Source of the DNA: a virus
Lineage: Duplodnaviria; Heunggongvirae; Uroviricota; Caudoviricetes
Reading direction: 5' to 3' (one strand)
IMG/VR virus record: IMGVR_UViG_3300027747_001395
DNA: 64,000 nucleotides
Positions 36,819 through 45,874 of this stretch are shown here, piece after piece. The notes below the pieces were generated by a model. That model had not been told where the DNA came from. It saw only the letters and a program-made list of their open reading frames with translations, and did not search any database. Position 1 is the stretch's first letter; every line of letters begins with the position of its first letter. The translations under genes and the position numbers were made by a program.

Positions 36819-36871
36819 TTGACATTTTTCCAGAACCATGGTAGTTTAAACTATAAGGAATGGAGATTGAC
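36819..36871 (+). promoter_or_regulatory. Early promoter/RBS cassette
   Basis: TTGACATTTTTCCAGAACCATGGTAGTTTAAACTATAAGGAATGGAGATTGAC. Confidence 0.87.
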
Positions 36872-37318
36872 ATGAAAACTAAAAAAGTACTTCTAGGATC
36901 GGCTCTGTTTCTTGCGGCTAATGCTCATGCAGGTCAGTTTGACAAAGGCGGTCAACCCTATCTTCTGCACCCTCTTGCGGTCATGCAGTTTCTGAACACT
37001 GATGACGAAGAGCTTCAATGCATTGCAATCCTTCATGATGTTCTGGAAGATACGGCTGTAACAGTAGGCGAACTTCTTGCCATTGGATTTACAGACCGTG
37101 TGGTTGCTGGCGTTGTAGCTCTCACTAAGCTCTCTGGTCAAAGCTACGAAGACTACAAACTTGGCGTCTTTGCTAATGTCGATGCTATGAAAGTTAAGAT
37201 GGCTGATCTTCGGCACAACACTGACATTCGTCGACTCGAGGGTGTTACTCAGAAGGATCATGATCGGATTGCTAAATATCATGAGTTCTATTTTGAACTT
37301 CAGGAAAGGCTTGCTTAA
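36872..37318 (+). CDS. HD-domain (p)ppGpp hydrolase-like protein (SpoT/Mesh1/SAH family)
   Basis: AHAGQFDKGGQPY..HP..V, AILHDVLEDT, VKMADLRHN. Confidence 0.85.
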   Translation: MKTKKVLLGSALFLAANAHAGQFDKGGQPYLLHPLAVMQFLNTDDEELQCIAILHDVLEDTAVTVGELLAIGFTDRVVAGVVALTKLSGQSYEDYKLGVFANVDAMKVKMADLRHNTDIRRLEGVTQKDHDRIAKYHEFYFELQERLA

Positions 37319-38106
37319 TGAAACTTCAACTTATGTCAGATCTTCATCTGGAGTTTGAGCCACACTTTAGGCCAACAAATGTAGGTTCTGATGTTCTTAT
37401 TCTTAGTGGTGATATCTGTGTTGCTGAATATTTTAACTATTCACCACATTCTCCACAGAGAAATAGAGCAAAACTCTTCTATGATTTCTTCAAGCATTGC
37501 TCGGATAACTTTAAGCATATAATCTATATTATGGGTAATCACGAGCATTACTATGGTAATATCGGTACTACATTTACTAATCTCAAGCTTCTTCTAGATG
37601 ACTTTGAGAATATTCATTTTCTAGATGGAACATATGTTGATATAGACGATGTTCGTTTTGTCGGTGGGACGTTGTGGACGAATGTAAACAACGGTGATCC
37701 TATTGCAGAGATGAGACTTACCCAGGTTATGAATGACTTTCGTCTTATTACAAATAAAGATGGACTTAAATTTACACCTTATGATTCTACAGTTATTCAC
37801 AAAGCAGATAAGGCTGCTTTTGATAATGTAGCAAATGAACACCCTAAGGTAGTTGTTGTGGGTCATCATGCACCCTCAGATCAAAGCATTAGTGATCGGT
37901 TTAAAGATGACTATTATATGAACTTTGGTTACTTTAGTAATCTAGAGTCTTTTATTGAGGCTCATCCTTCAATTGTTCTGTGGACTCATGGGCATATGCA
38001 TAATTGTTCTGATTATATGATCGGAACTACTCGTGTTGTTTGTAATCCACGAGGTTACAATGATGAAAATAGAGATTTTAAACCTGACTTGCTTTTGGAG
38101 ATTTAA
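37318..38106 (+). CDS. Metallophosphoesterase
   Basis: SDLHLE, SGDI, GNHEHY, GHHAP, WTHGHMH, CNPRGY. Confidence 0.9.
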   Translation: MKLQLMSDLHLEFEPHFRPTNVGSDVLILSGDICVAEYFNYSPHSPQRNRAKLFYDFFKHCSDNFKHIIYIMGNHEHYYGNIGTTFTNLKLLLDDFENIHFLDGTYVDIDDVRFVGGTLWTNVNNGDPIAEMRLTQVMNDFRLITNKDGLKFTPYDSTVIHKADKAAFDNVANEHPKVVVVGHHAPSDQSISDRFKDDYYMNFGYFSNLESFIEAHPSIVLWTHGHMHNCSDYMIGTTRVVCNPRGYNDENRDFKPDLLLEI

Positions 38107-38109
38107 GTA

Positions 38110-38409
38110 ATGGCATATTCACTATATAGAACTCGTGATGGTGCAGGTGACTCTGGACAAATGTCAGAAGCAATTACACCAATCTGGGATGAAACTGGAA
38201 AGCTAATTGATAAGACCATCGAGCAAAATGGTCGACCTAAAGTAGGTGTTGTTATGCGAGTAGGAAGTCTTTATGCAAGATCTTACTCAGCACAGGATTG
38301 GTGGCAGACTACTTTGATCACTGAAATTCTTGAAGATAAGATGGAAGATGGAATCGAATATGTTCGCTTCAAGACTGGCAACTCAGAATATGAATGGAAG
38401 AGTTTCTGA
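38110..38409 (+). CDS. Hypothetical protein
   Basis: GAGDSG, WWQTT, FKTGNSEY. Confidence 0.65.
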   Translation: MAYSLYRTRDGAGDSGQMSEAITPIWDETGKLIDKTIEQNGRPKVGVVMRVGSLYARSYSAQDWWQTTLITEILEDKMEDGIEYVRFKTGNSEYEWKSF

Positions 38410-38699
38410 TGAAAAAATATAGACTTAAAAGTCACTTTGATGGGCAATATTCAGTAGAAACAAAATTTCTATTCTTTTGGGTTTCTGCGTGGGTTGACTA
38501 TGACGGAAATACACATTATGGAACTCGTTATGGAACTTATGAAAATGCGAGCTGGCAGTTGCATAAATTCGAACAAATGTCGAGAGTTGATGATGAACGG
38601 CGACAACGACTAAGGATTGAATCTAACCTTAGAAAGGCTCATGTTCCTACTTACATCTATCCACCACTACCAGAAAATGAACCATTGGTTTTGCCATGA
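38409..38699 (+). CDS. Hypothetical protein
   Basis: TGATG coupling. Confidence 0.55.
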   Translation: MKKYRLKSHFDGQYSVETKFLFFWVSAWVDYDGNTHYGTRYGTYENASWQLHKFEQMSRVDDERRQRLRIESNLRKAHVPTYIYPPLPENEPLVLP

Positions 38700-38929
38700 C
38701 TGAGGTAGATGAATTAACAAAGCTCAGAGAACAAGTAAGACTTTATGAGAAGATCTTCATGCACTCGTTTGCTGCTGATAAGATAGGCAATGTTTACTTT
38801 ATCTGTGGTGATTCTGGTAATATTGATCAAAATGCATTACCAGATAAAATTCATATTTGTCCTGCCTATGGATTAGATTGGTTTCAGATCTATACTAAAA
38901 CAGATCAAACAGAAGGACCTGAGTACTGA
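38696..38929 (+). CDS. Hypothetical protein
   Basis: ORF track. Confidence 0.6.
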   Translation: MTEVDELTKLREQVRLYEKIFMHSFAADKIGNVYFICGDSGNIDQNALPDKIHICPAYGLDWFQIYTKTDQTEGPEY

Positions 38930-39102
38930 TGACAACAGGTAATGAGTTTATTGATGAGTCATTGGATATGCTTGCATACGGACTTGCTCATATGAAGGAA
39001 AGTGGATCATCAGTTCAAGAACTAAGAGAACTTTGTTCTGATTATATTACAGCAATTAGTAAGTTTACAACTGAATTTTTAGGAGAAGAATCAAATGGCT
39101 AA
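38929..39102 (+). CDS. 57-aa hypothetical protein
   Basis: Manually read; TGATG coupling. Confidence 0.5.
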   Translation: MTTGNEFIDESLDMLAYGLAHMKESGSSVQELRELCSDYITAISKFTTEFLGEESNG

Positions 39103-39376
39103 GTTTGTTATTACAACCGTTTCAACATTTGTCAACAGATATGCAATTGAAGCAGATTCAGCACCACTTGCTGAAGAGGAATGGGAAAAGCTTGATCAAG
39201 GTGTATATGAAGATCTTGATCCAACTTATTGTCTTATCTCACAGGTTTTTTGCGATGAAGAAGTAAAAAACATTACTGAAGCTACTGATAGTGAACTAAT
39301 CGAAAGTGCTGACGATTATATGCGTGACAATATGAGAGAAAATCTACATCTTTATGTCCGCCGAGCACCTTCCTAA
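39095..39376 (+). CDS. Hypothetical acidic protein
   Basis: AGGAG RBS. Confidence 0.6.
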   Translation: MAKFVITTVSTFVNRYAIEADSAPLAEEEWEKLDQGVYEDLDPTYCLISQVFCDEEVKNITEATDSELIESADDYMRDNMRENLHLYVRRAPS

Positions 39377-39384
39377 TATAAATA
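39377..39384 (+). promoter_or_regulatory. Late promoter
   Basis: Intergenic TATAAATA. Confidence 0.8.
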
Positions 39385-39408
39385 TATCACTTATGATAGG
39401 AGAACAAG

Positions 39409-39495
39409 ATGAATACAGTATTTGCAAGTAGAGCATTTGGCCTACTTATTACATCACTTTGCTTTATTACTACTGCAGCAATTATTTTTAGTTAA
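39409..39495 (+). CDS. 28-aa hydrophobic late peptide (MNTVFASRAFGLLITSLCFITTAAIIFS)
   Basis: AGGAG RBS; late promoter; single TM. Confidence 0.6.
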   Translation: MNTVFASRAFGLLITSLCFITTAAIIFS

Positions 39496-39499
39496 GTTT

Positions 39500-39532
39500 A
39501 AGAAGGGAAGGGCTTTGCTTCTTCCCTTCTTT
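39500..39532. terminator. Bidirectional terminator between convergent late units
   Basis: AAGAAGGGAAG...CTTCCCTTCTT. Confidence 0.8.
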
Positions 39533-39534
39533 AG

Positions 39535-40167
39535 TCAGATCCAAAGACTGAATTGTTTAGTTTTTTCAATTCGCTCTGTAAGGCCATTAGTTCCACCATT
39601 AATTCTTTTAGTTAGAGCAGTAATGGTAGCATTATCTAATCCCTTATCTGCAATAGACCAAAGATTATTTGAACCAAAGAAGAATAGAGCAGATTCAAAT
39701 GCCAATTCAGATTCAACTATATCGGGATTTGTCATCACATCTGGTCGATTAATATGAGTTGAAAATAGAAAATAGTTTGTCTTGCCTGTAAGTTGAATAG
39801 CACCTCGGCCACGATACAACCAACCGTCGCCAGAATCTTCATCATTATTACCCAGTCTATTTGCATAGACTCGATTGGCAATTTTTTGCGGATTTCTTGC
39901 ATAACCATTTGTAGATGCAATTGTGGGAAAATATCTTTTAAATGTTTTTACAAGACCATCTGCAGAATAATTTAAATTTTCGGAGAAAAGCTTAAAGCCG
40001 CCAGTCTCGTGATAGCATTGCCCAAAGAAGTGTGCTGCCCTAATATCTGAAAGTTTAAAGTAGTCTCTTGCTGCTTTATATGAAGTTGGTCCCCAGACTC
40101 CATCTGCAGTCACTTCACATTTAGCTTGTAAATCAATAATTGCTGACATTTGTTTCTTCATTTTCAA
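39535..40167 (-). CDS. Endolysin, glycoside hydrolase family 19 with short PG-binding-like N-terminus
   Basis: ADGVWGP; HFFGQCYHETGGF, ENLNYS, YANRLGN, YRGRGAIQLTGK.NY. Confidence 0.92.
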   Translation of the reverse strand: MKMKKQMSAIIDLQAKCEVTADGVWGPTSYKAARDYFKLSDIRAAHFFGQCYHETGGFKLFSENLNYSADGLVKTFKRYFPTIASTNGYARNPQKIANRVYANRLGNNDEDSGDGWLYRGRGAIQLTGKTNYFLFSTHINRPDVMTNPDIVESELAFESALFFFGSNNLWSIADKGLDNATITALTKRINGGTNGLTERIEKTKQFSLWI

Positions 40168-40237
40168 TTAAGTCATCAACTAGTTTTAGTTCATTACCAA
40201 AAATACATGCTTTTAAATAGTTCCACATACTAAACAT
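40133..40237 (-). CDS. 34-aa ORF overlapping the endolysin start
   Basis: AAGGAG RBS immediately after the late promoter; manually read. Confidence 0.55.
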   Translation of the reverse strand: MFSMWNYLKACIFGNELKLVDDLIENEETNVSNY

Positions 40238-40253
40238 AATAACTCCTTTTTAG

Positions 40254-40282
40254 TTGACATTTTTATTCATATGGTATATTTA
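40254..40282 (+). promoter_or_regulatory. Early promoter for gp43
   Basis: TTGACATTTTT...TGGTATATT. Confidence 0.75.
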
Positions 40283-40284
40283 TA
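40277..40284 (-). promoter_or_regulatory. Late promoter for lysis unit
   Basis: TATAAATA on minus strand. Confidence 0.8.
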
Positions 40285-40307
40285 AGTAATAGGCAAGGAG
40301 ATACAAT

Positions 40308-42803
40308 TTGGATTTTTATACCTCAGTAGTTCAGAATAAAAATAAGATGTTTGTTCGCGGCATTGAAAAGGGTAAACCTGTAAAGCGGATCTATGACTAT
40401 GCACCATATTTATTCATTCCTACTACAAAAGAGACAAAGTTCAGAACACCTACTGGACAACCGGTGGGTAAGATGGATTTTGATTCCATCTGGGATGCAA
40501 GAGAATTTGCAAAGCAGTATGAGAATGTTGAGGGTATGCCAATCTATGGCATGACCAATTATCTATATCCATTTATCTTTGACCACTTTCAAGGCGAGAT
40601 CAAGTACGATCCTTCGCTTATTTCAGTTACTTCTTTAGACATTGAAACTAAGGTTGGTGATGAAGATATTGCCACTGCTATTCAGACCACACCAAATGAA
40701 GTGACAGCTATCACGATTAGTCGCAATGGCAAGAAGGCAGTGTTTGGTTGTGGCAACTTTGTTACTGATGATCCAAATATTACTTATTGGAAGTGTGAAA
40801 ATGAAAAACATCTTCTATTGGAATTTCTAAATGTCTGGAATTCATCTGACTATTCACCTGATGTTCTTACAGGTTGGAACGTAGAGTTCTTTGATGTACC
40901 TTATTTGGTCGGTCGTATTATTAAGATCCTAGGTGAGGAAGTAGTCAAGCGCCTCAGTCCTTGGGGTCTAATTCGACCTTACGAGGTTGAGATCAAAGGT
41001 AAGAAAGTCACTTCATATGAACTGAAAGGTATTGCTGTACTTGATTATCTGGCATTATACAAAAAGTTCACATATACTAACCAAGAATCATATCGCCTTG
41101 ATCATATTGCTTCGGTAGAACTAAAGCAGAAAAAGATTGACTATCGAGATGAAGGCTATGCTAATCTCAATGATCTGTATGCTCGAAACTTTCAGCGGTA
41201 CATCGAGTATAATATCCACGACGTGGTTCTTGTTGATATGCTTGAAGATAAGATGAAGCTTATTGAGCTTGTCTTTGCTATGGCATATGATGCAAAGATT
41301 AATTTTACAGATACTCTTGCGTCGGTGAACCAGTGGGATGTTATCATTCATAATTATCTGTTGGAGCAGAACATTGTTGTTCCTCAGAAGTCACCTTCAA
41401 TTGTTTCTGAACTTGTTGGTGGTTATGTCAAAGATGTTCAGACTGGAATGCATCGTTGGCTTGTCAGTTTTGACTTAAACAGCCTATACCCGCATCTTAT
41501 CATGCAGTATAATATTTCACCTGAAATGTTCGTCGAGCGCATTCTGGGTTGGCCTTCGATTGACCAAGTTCTTGCTGGATGTGAGCTTAAGAATACTGGA
41601 TATTCAGTTGCTGCAAATGGCTGTGCTTACTCAAAGGACCATCAAGGCTTCTTGGCCGCAATTATGGCAAAAATGTACAATGATCGAGTTGTCTATAAAA
41701 AGCAAATGATCAAGGTCAAGCAGGAATATGAAAAGACAAAGAATTCTGAATTGCTCAAGGAAATTTCTCGACTTGACAATCTTCAAATGGCGAAGAAAAT
41801 CCAATTAAACGCTGCCTATGGTGCGCTTGGGAACCGATACTTCCGCTGGTTCGATATTAATCATGCTGAGGCCATTACAATGTCGGGTCAGTTGTCCATT
41901 CGTTGGATTGCAGATCGAATGAATGAGTATCTCAACAAGCTTTGTAAGACAGAGAACTTTGATTATATTGTAGCTTCAGATACAGACTCTATTTATGTAT
42001 CGTTTGGTAATCTTGTTGACATGTTCTTTGAGGATCAATCAGATACTAAAAAGATTGTAGCATGGATTGATAAAGCTTGTAAGGAAAAGTTCGAACCATT
42101 TATTGATAAGTCATATCAGGATCTTGCTGAAAGAGTTGGCGCATTTGACCAGAAGATGGTTATGAAGCGTGAATGCATTGCTGATAAGGCAATTTGGACC
42201 GCCAAGAAGCGCTACATTCTCAATGTCTGGAATCAGGAAGGTGTAGCATACGAAACAGCCAAACTAAAGATGACTGGCATTGAAGCTGTTAAGTCATCTA
42301 CACCTCAAGCTTGTCGTGATGCACTCAAGAGTGTTTTCGGTCTCATTATGAACAAGACAGAGGCCGATCTTCAGACGTACGTGATGGCTTTCCGTGAGAC
42401 ATTCAAGACACTACCATTCGAGGATATTGCGTCTCCTAGAAGCGTTTCTAACCTCTCTCAGTACGTTAGCCGTGGAAGTGATATGTTTATCAAGGGAACT
42501 CCAATCAACGCTAAGGGCAGCATTCTCTACAATCGACTCGTTGCTGATATGAAACTTGGCGGTAAGTATGAGACTGTAACAAACGGTGACAAGATCAAGT
42601 ACTGCTATCTTAAAAGTCCGAACCCTTATGGAACAAATGTTATTGCTTGCCCTGGCGAACTTCCAACTGAGTTTGGTCTTGAAAAATATCTTGATTTTGA
42701 TCTACAATTTGAAAAGGCATATCTTGACCCACTCTCTATTGTACTCGACTCAATTGGTTGGTCAGCAGAAAAGAAATCCACACTTGATAGCTTCTTTGGA
42801 TAA
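40308..42803 (+). CDS. gp43: DNA polymerase gp43 (family B)
   Basis: DIET exo I, GWNVEFFD, SFDLNSLYPH, KKIQLNAAYG, SDTDS. Confidence 0.98.
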   Translation: MDFYTSVVQNKNKMFVRGIEKGKPVKRIYDYAPYLFIPTTKETKFRTPTGQPVGKMDFDSIWDAREFAKQYENVEGMPIYGMTNYLYPFIFDHFQGEIKYDPSLISVTSLDIETKVGDEDIATAIQTTPNEVTAITISRNGKKAVFGCGNFVTDDPNITYWKCENEKHLLLEFLNVWNSSDYSPDVLTGWNVEFFDVPYLVGRIIKILGEEVVKRLSPWGLIRPYEVEIKGKKVTSYELKGIAVLDYLALYKKFTYTNQESYRLDHIASVELKQKKIDYRDEGYANLNDLYARNFQRYIEYNIHDVVLVDMLEDKMKLIELVFAMAYDAKINFTDTLASVNQWDVIIHNYLLEQNIVVPQKSPSIVSELVGGYVKDVQTGMHRWLVSFDLNSLYPHLIMQYNISPEMFVERILGWPSIDQVLAGCELKNTGYSVAANGCAYSKDHQGFLAAIMAKMYNDRVVYKKQMIKVKQEYEKTKNSELLKEISRLDNLQMAKKIQLNAAYGALGNRYFRWFDINHAEAITMSGQLSIRWIADRMNEYLNKLCKTENFDYIVASDTDSIYVSFGNLVDMFFEDQSDTKKIVAWIDKACKEKFEPFIDKSYQDLAERVGAFDQKMVMKRECIADKAIWTAKKRYILNVWNQEGVAYETAKLKMTGIEAVKSSTPQACRDALKSVFGLIMNKTEADLQTYVMAFRETFKTLPFEDIASPRSVSNLSQYVSRGSDMFIKGTPINAKGSILYNRLVADMKLGGKYETVTNGDKIKYCYLKSPNPYGTNVIACPGELPTEFGLEKYLDFDLQFEKAYLDPLSIVLDSIGWSAEKKSTLDSFFG

Positions 42804-42813
42804 GGAATACTTT

Positions 42814-43032
42814 ATGGACTTTGATGACGACTTTGGTTTTACGGCAGTAGACAAGTATGATCTAGAGCCTGGCAGTGATTATAGAGAACGACTATATTCA
42901 ATGTACAATCTAATCGAACCACTAATTAAGAATCTACTTAAGGATACTGATAAAGATATTATCAAGTGGCCTAATAGAAAAGAGAAACTTGAGTACTTTC
43001 TTGCTCAACTACAAGAACTATTGGATAAATAG
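42814..43032 (+). CDS. 72-aa conserved-type hypothetical protein
   Basis: MDFDDDFGF...IKWPNRKEK; AAGGA RBS (track start 42586 overlaps gp43). Confidence 0.65.
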   Translation: MDFDDDFGFTAVDKYDLEPGSDYRERLYSMYNLIEPLIKNLLKDTDKDIIKWPNRKEKLEYFLAQLQELLDK

Positions 43033-43085
43033 GCATGAGGGTTAGTGACCCTCAATAAAACAATCAACCAACAAAGGAACTACAT

Positions 43086-44165
43086 ATGAGTGAACTACTA
43101 CAACGCATGCTTAAGGCAGGCTCAATCAAGTCAGTGACACTTGATGACTCCGCACTCTTTAATGAAAAAGACCAATGCGCGACTGATATTCCTATTATTA
43201 ACCTTGCCCTAGGTGGTAAGCTTACTAGTGGTTTAATCTCTGGACTTACATTTCTAGCCGGACCTTCCAAACACTTTAAATCACTTCTAGGTCTTGTCCT
43301 AGTCAAAGCCTATATGAAGAAGCACAAAGATTCAATTTGTATCTTCTATGACTCTGAGTTTGGTATCACACCAGACTATATCAAGTCAAATGGTATTGAC
43401 CCAAGTAGAATGATTCATGTTCCAATCGAACATCTAGAACAATTAAAGTTTGACATTGCCAAGCGCCTTGACGAAATCAAGCGTGGTGACAAGGTCATCT
43501 TCTTCATGGACTCAGTCGGCAATCTTGCTTCTAAGAAGGAAGCAGAAGATGCTCTAAACGGAAATGCCGCAGCAGATATGACTCGTGCTAAGGTGATGAA
43601 GTCACTCTGGCGCATTGTCACTCCTCACTTGACCACCAAGGACATTCCTTGTATTGCTGTGAATCACACATATCAGACTATGGAAATGTTCAGCAAGGCC
43701 ATCATGTCTGGTGGTACTGGCGGTATGTACTCTGCTATGCAGGTGTTCATTATCGGTAAGTCTCAGGAGAAGGAGAAGATTGACGGTAAGGATCAACTTG
43801 CGGGATATAACTTCACCATCAACATCGAGAAGTCTCGCTTTGTGAAGGAAAAGTCTAAGTTCCCATTCACGGTCAAGTTTGCTGGTGGTATTAACAAGTG
43901 GTCTGGTCTGCTTGATCTAGCTCTTGAGTCTGGTCATGTTATCAAGCCTAAGAATGGATGGTACCAGAAGGTTGATATGGAGACCGGTGAGATTGGAGAA
44001 AAAAGTTTCAGAGAAAGGGACACTAACTCTGCTGACTTCTGGGATGCTGTTGTAGAATCTCCTTCATTTAATAAGTTTGTTGAAACAAAATTCTTAGTTA
44101 GTAATAGTACTCTTGTATCTGATGAAGATGATGCATCAGTATATGAAACACTAGACGAAGAATAA
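43086..44165 (+). CDS. uvsX: RecA-like recombinase UvsX
   Basis: AGPSKHFKS, FYDSEFG, DSVGNLASKKE, DMTRAK, SGGTG. Confidence 0.96.
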   Translation: MSELLQRMLKAGSIKSVTLDDSALFNEKDQCATDIPIINLALGGKLTSGLISGLTFLAGPSKHFKSLLGLVLVKAYMKKHKDSICIFYDSEFGITPDYIKSNGIDPSRMIHVPIEHLEQLKFDIAKRLDEIKRGDKVIFFMDSVGNLASKKEAEDALNGNAAADMTRAKVMKSLWRIVTPHLTTKDIPCIAVNHTYQTMEMFSKAIMSGGTGGMYSAMQVFIIGKSQEKEKIDGKDQLAGYNFTINIEKSRFVKEKSKFPFTVKFAGGINKWSGLLDLALESGHVIKPKNGWYQKVDMETGEIGEKSFRERDTNSADFWDAVVESPSFNKFVETKFLVSNSTLVSDEDDASVYETLDEE

Positions 44166-44175
44166 GAATATATCT

Positions 44176-44220
44176 GTTGACATTTTACCCATTGTTTGAT
44201 ATAGTGGGTAAAATGTCAAC
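44176..44220. repeat. Perfect 16-bp inverted repeat embedding an early promoter
   Basis: GTTGACATTTTACCCA ... TGGGTAAAATGTCAAC; TTGACA(44177)-17-TATAGT(44200). Confidence 0.92.
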
Positions 44221-44235
44221 GATAAAGGAGGTCCG

Positions 44236-45621
44236 ATGAAGATAGAAGAAGTAATTTTCAACAATTTACTATACAATGAAGATTTTGCTCGGAAGTCATT
44301 GCCTCACCTCAAGCAAGAATATTTCTCTGACTTTATTGAAAACAAAATCTATTCTACTATTGAAAAGTATGTTGGTGACTATAACAAGATCCCAAGTAAA
44401 GAAGCTCTTATTATTGATCTCTCAAATACAAAGGGTATTACTGACGATCAATTTTCCAAAGCCAAGACTTATGTTCAGGACATTAAGGAACCTGAGCGCC
44501 AAGATGTAGATTGGCTTGTTAATCAGACTGAAAAGTTCTGTCAAGACAAAGCAATCTATAATGCAATTGTGAACTCTATCAAGATTTTGGATGGTGATAA
44601 CACAAATCTCTCTAAGGGTAGCATTCCTGGTTTGTTAACTGATGCACTTTCGGTCTCATTTGATACCAGTATTGGGCATGACTTCCTTGAAAATGCCGAT
44701 GCTCGATATGATTACTATCACACCAAACAGCATAAAATCCCATTTGATCTAGAGTACATGAACAAGATCACAAAGGGCGGTTTACCACGCAAGACACTCA
44801 ACGTAGTGATGGCAGGTACTGGGGCTGGCAAAAGTTTGTTCATGTGTCATTGCGCAGCTAACAATCTGATGAACGGACTCAACGTCCTCTACATTACCCT
44901 GGAAATGGCAGAACAGGAAATTGCCAAGCGTGTTGATGCCAATCTGCTAAACGTCACTATGGGTGAACTTGAGGAACTACCCAAGGAATCCTATGTCAAG
45001 ATGATGGATCGACTCAAGGGTAAGACTAAGGGCAAATTCATTGTCAAGGAATATCCTACTGCTTCGGCAGGTGCAGCTAACTTCAGGCATCTTCTAAATG
45101 AATTAAAGCTCAAGAAGAACTTTATCCCTGATGTTGTTTATGTTGACTATCTCAATCTTTGTACTTCAAGCAGAATTAAAGGTGGAGCAAACGTCAATTC
45201 ATATACGATGATCAAGTCTATTGCAGAAGAACTTCGTGGTCTGGCAGTAGAGTTTAATATTCCACTGATTAGTGCTACACAGACTACAAGATCAGGCTAT
45301 GGCAATTCTGATGTTGAGATTACCGACGTATCTGAGTCGTTTGGTCTACCTGCTACATGTGACTTCATGGCAGCATTGATTGTCTCAGAAGAACTTGATC
45401 AACTTGGTCAGATCATGGTCAAGCAGTTAAAGAACCGTTATAATGACCCAAGTTACTATAAACGCTTTGTGGTTGGTATTGATAGAGCAAGAATGAAATT
45501 ATATGATGTAGAAACTTCTGCCCAAAATCTAATGGATGACAGTCCGGTAATGGATAAGACTCCATCTGGTGATAAACCCACTTCTAAGTTTAACCGTGAT
45601 AAATTTAAGGACTTCAAGTAA
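44236..45621 (+). CDS. gp41: Replicative helicase gp41
   Basis: EKFCQDKAIYNAI, AGTGAGKS, ITLEMAE, VKEYPT, VDYL, SATQTTR, SESFGLPATCD. Confidence 0.97.
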   Translation: MKIEEVIFNNLLYNEDFARKSLPHLKQEYFSDFIENKIYSTIEKYVGDYNKIPSKEALIIDLSNTKGITDDQFSKAKTYVQDIKEPERQDVDWLVNQTEKFCQDKAIYNAIVNSIKILDGDNTNLSKGSIPGLLTDALSVSFDTSIGHDFLENADARYDYYHTKQHKIPFDLEYMNKITKGGLPRKTLNVVMAGTGAGKSLFMCHCAANNLMNGLNVLYITLEMAEQEIAKRVDANLLNVTMGELEELPKESYVKMMDRLKGKTKGKFIVKEYPTASAGAANFRHLLNELKLKKNFIPDVVYVDYLNLCTSSRIKGGANVNSYTMIKSIAEELRGLAVEFNIPLISATQTTRSGYGNSDVEITDVSESFGLPATCDFMAALIVSEELDQLGQIMVKQLKNRYNDPSYYKRFVVGIDRARMKLYDVETSAQNLMDDSPVMDKTPSGDKPTSKFNRDKFKDFK

Positions 45622-45622
45622 C

Positions 45623-45808
45623 ATGAACTATAAGATCATCAAGCAGAACGACGTCGTCTCCTCAGTCTTTGAGACTCGTACCGATCAATATGTAGCAATG
45701 AGTATTCCTGCTAATGAAGCTAAAGATCTTTGCAGGCACTTAAACTTTGGTGGTGGATTTGACGGAGCTACTCCTTCATTTTTCTTACAGCAGATCAAAG
45801 TACTTTAA
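45623..45808 (+). CDS. Conserved-type small protein downstream of gp41
   Basis: HLNFGGGFDGATPSFF. Confidence 0.65.
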   Translation: MNYKIIKQNDVVSSVFETRTDQYVAMSIPANEAKDLCRHLNFGGGFDGATPSFFLQQIKVL

Positions 45809-45819
45809 AAACAAATTGG

Positions 45820-45874
45820 TTGACATTTTTGTTGGTCCGTGGTAGACTAAATTATCAACTGAGGAGATATTATC
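45820..45874 (+). promoter_or_regulatory. Early promoter cassette
   Basis: TTGACATTTTTGTTGGTCCGTGGTAGACT. Confidence 0.9.

Noticed and set aside
40308-45621. Inteins, introns or split genes in gp43, uvsX, gp41 (also uvsW, gp46)
   Set aside because: Lengths are normal, motifs are contiguous, and no intein splice motifs or frame breaks were seen.
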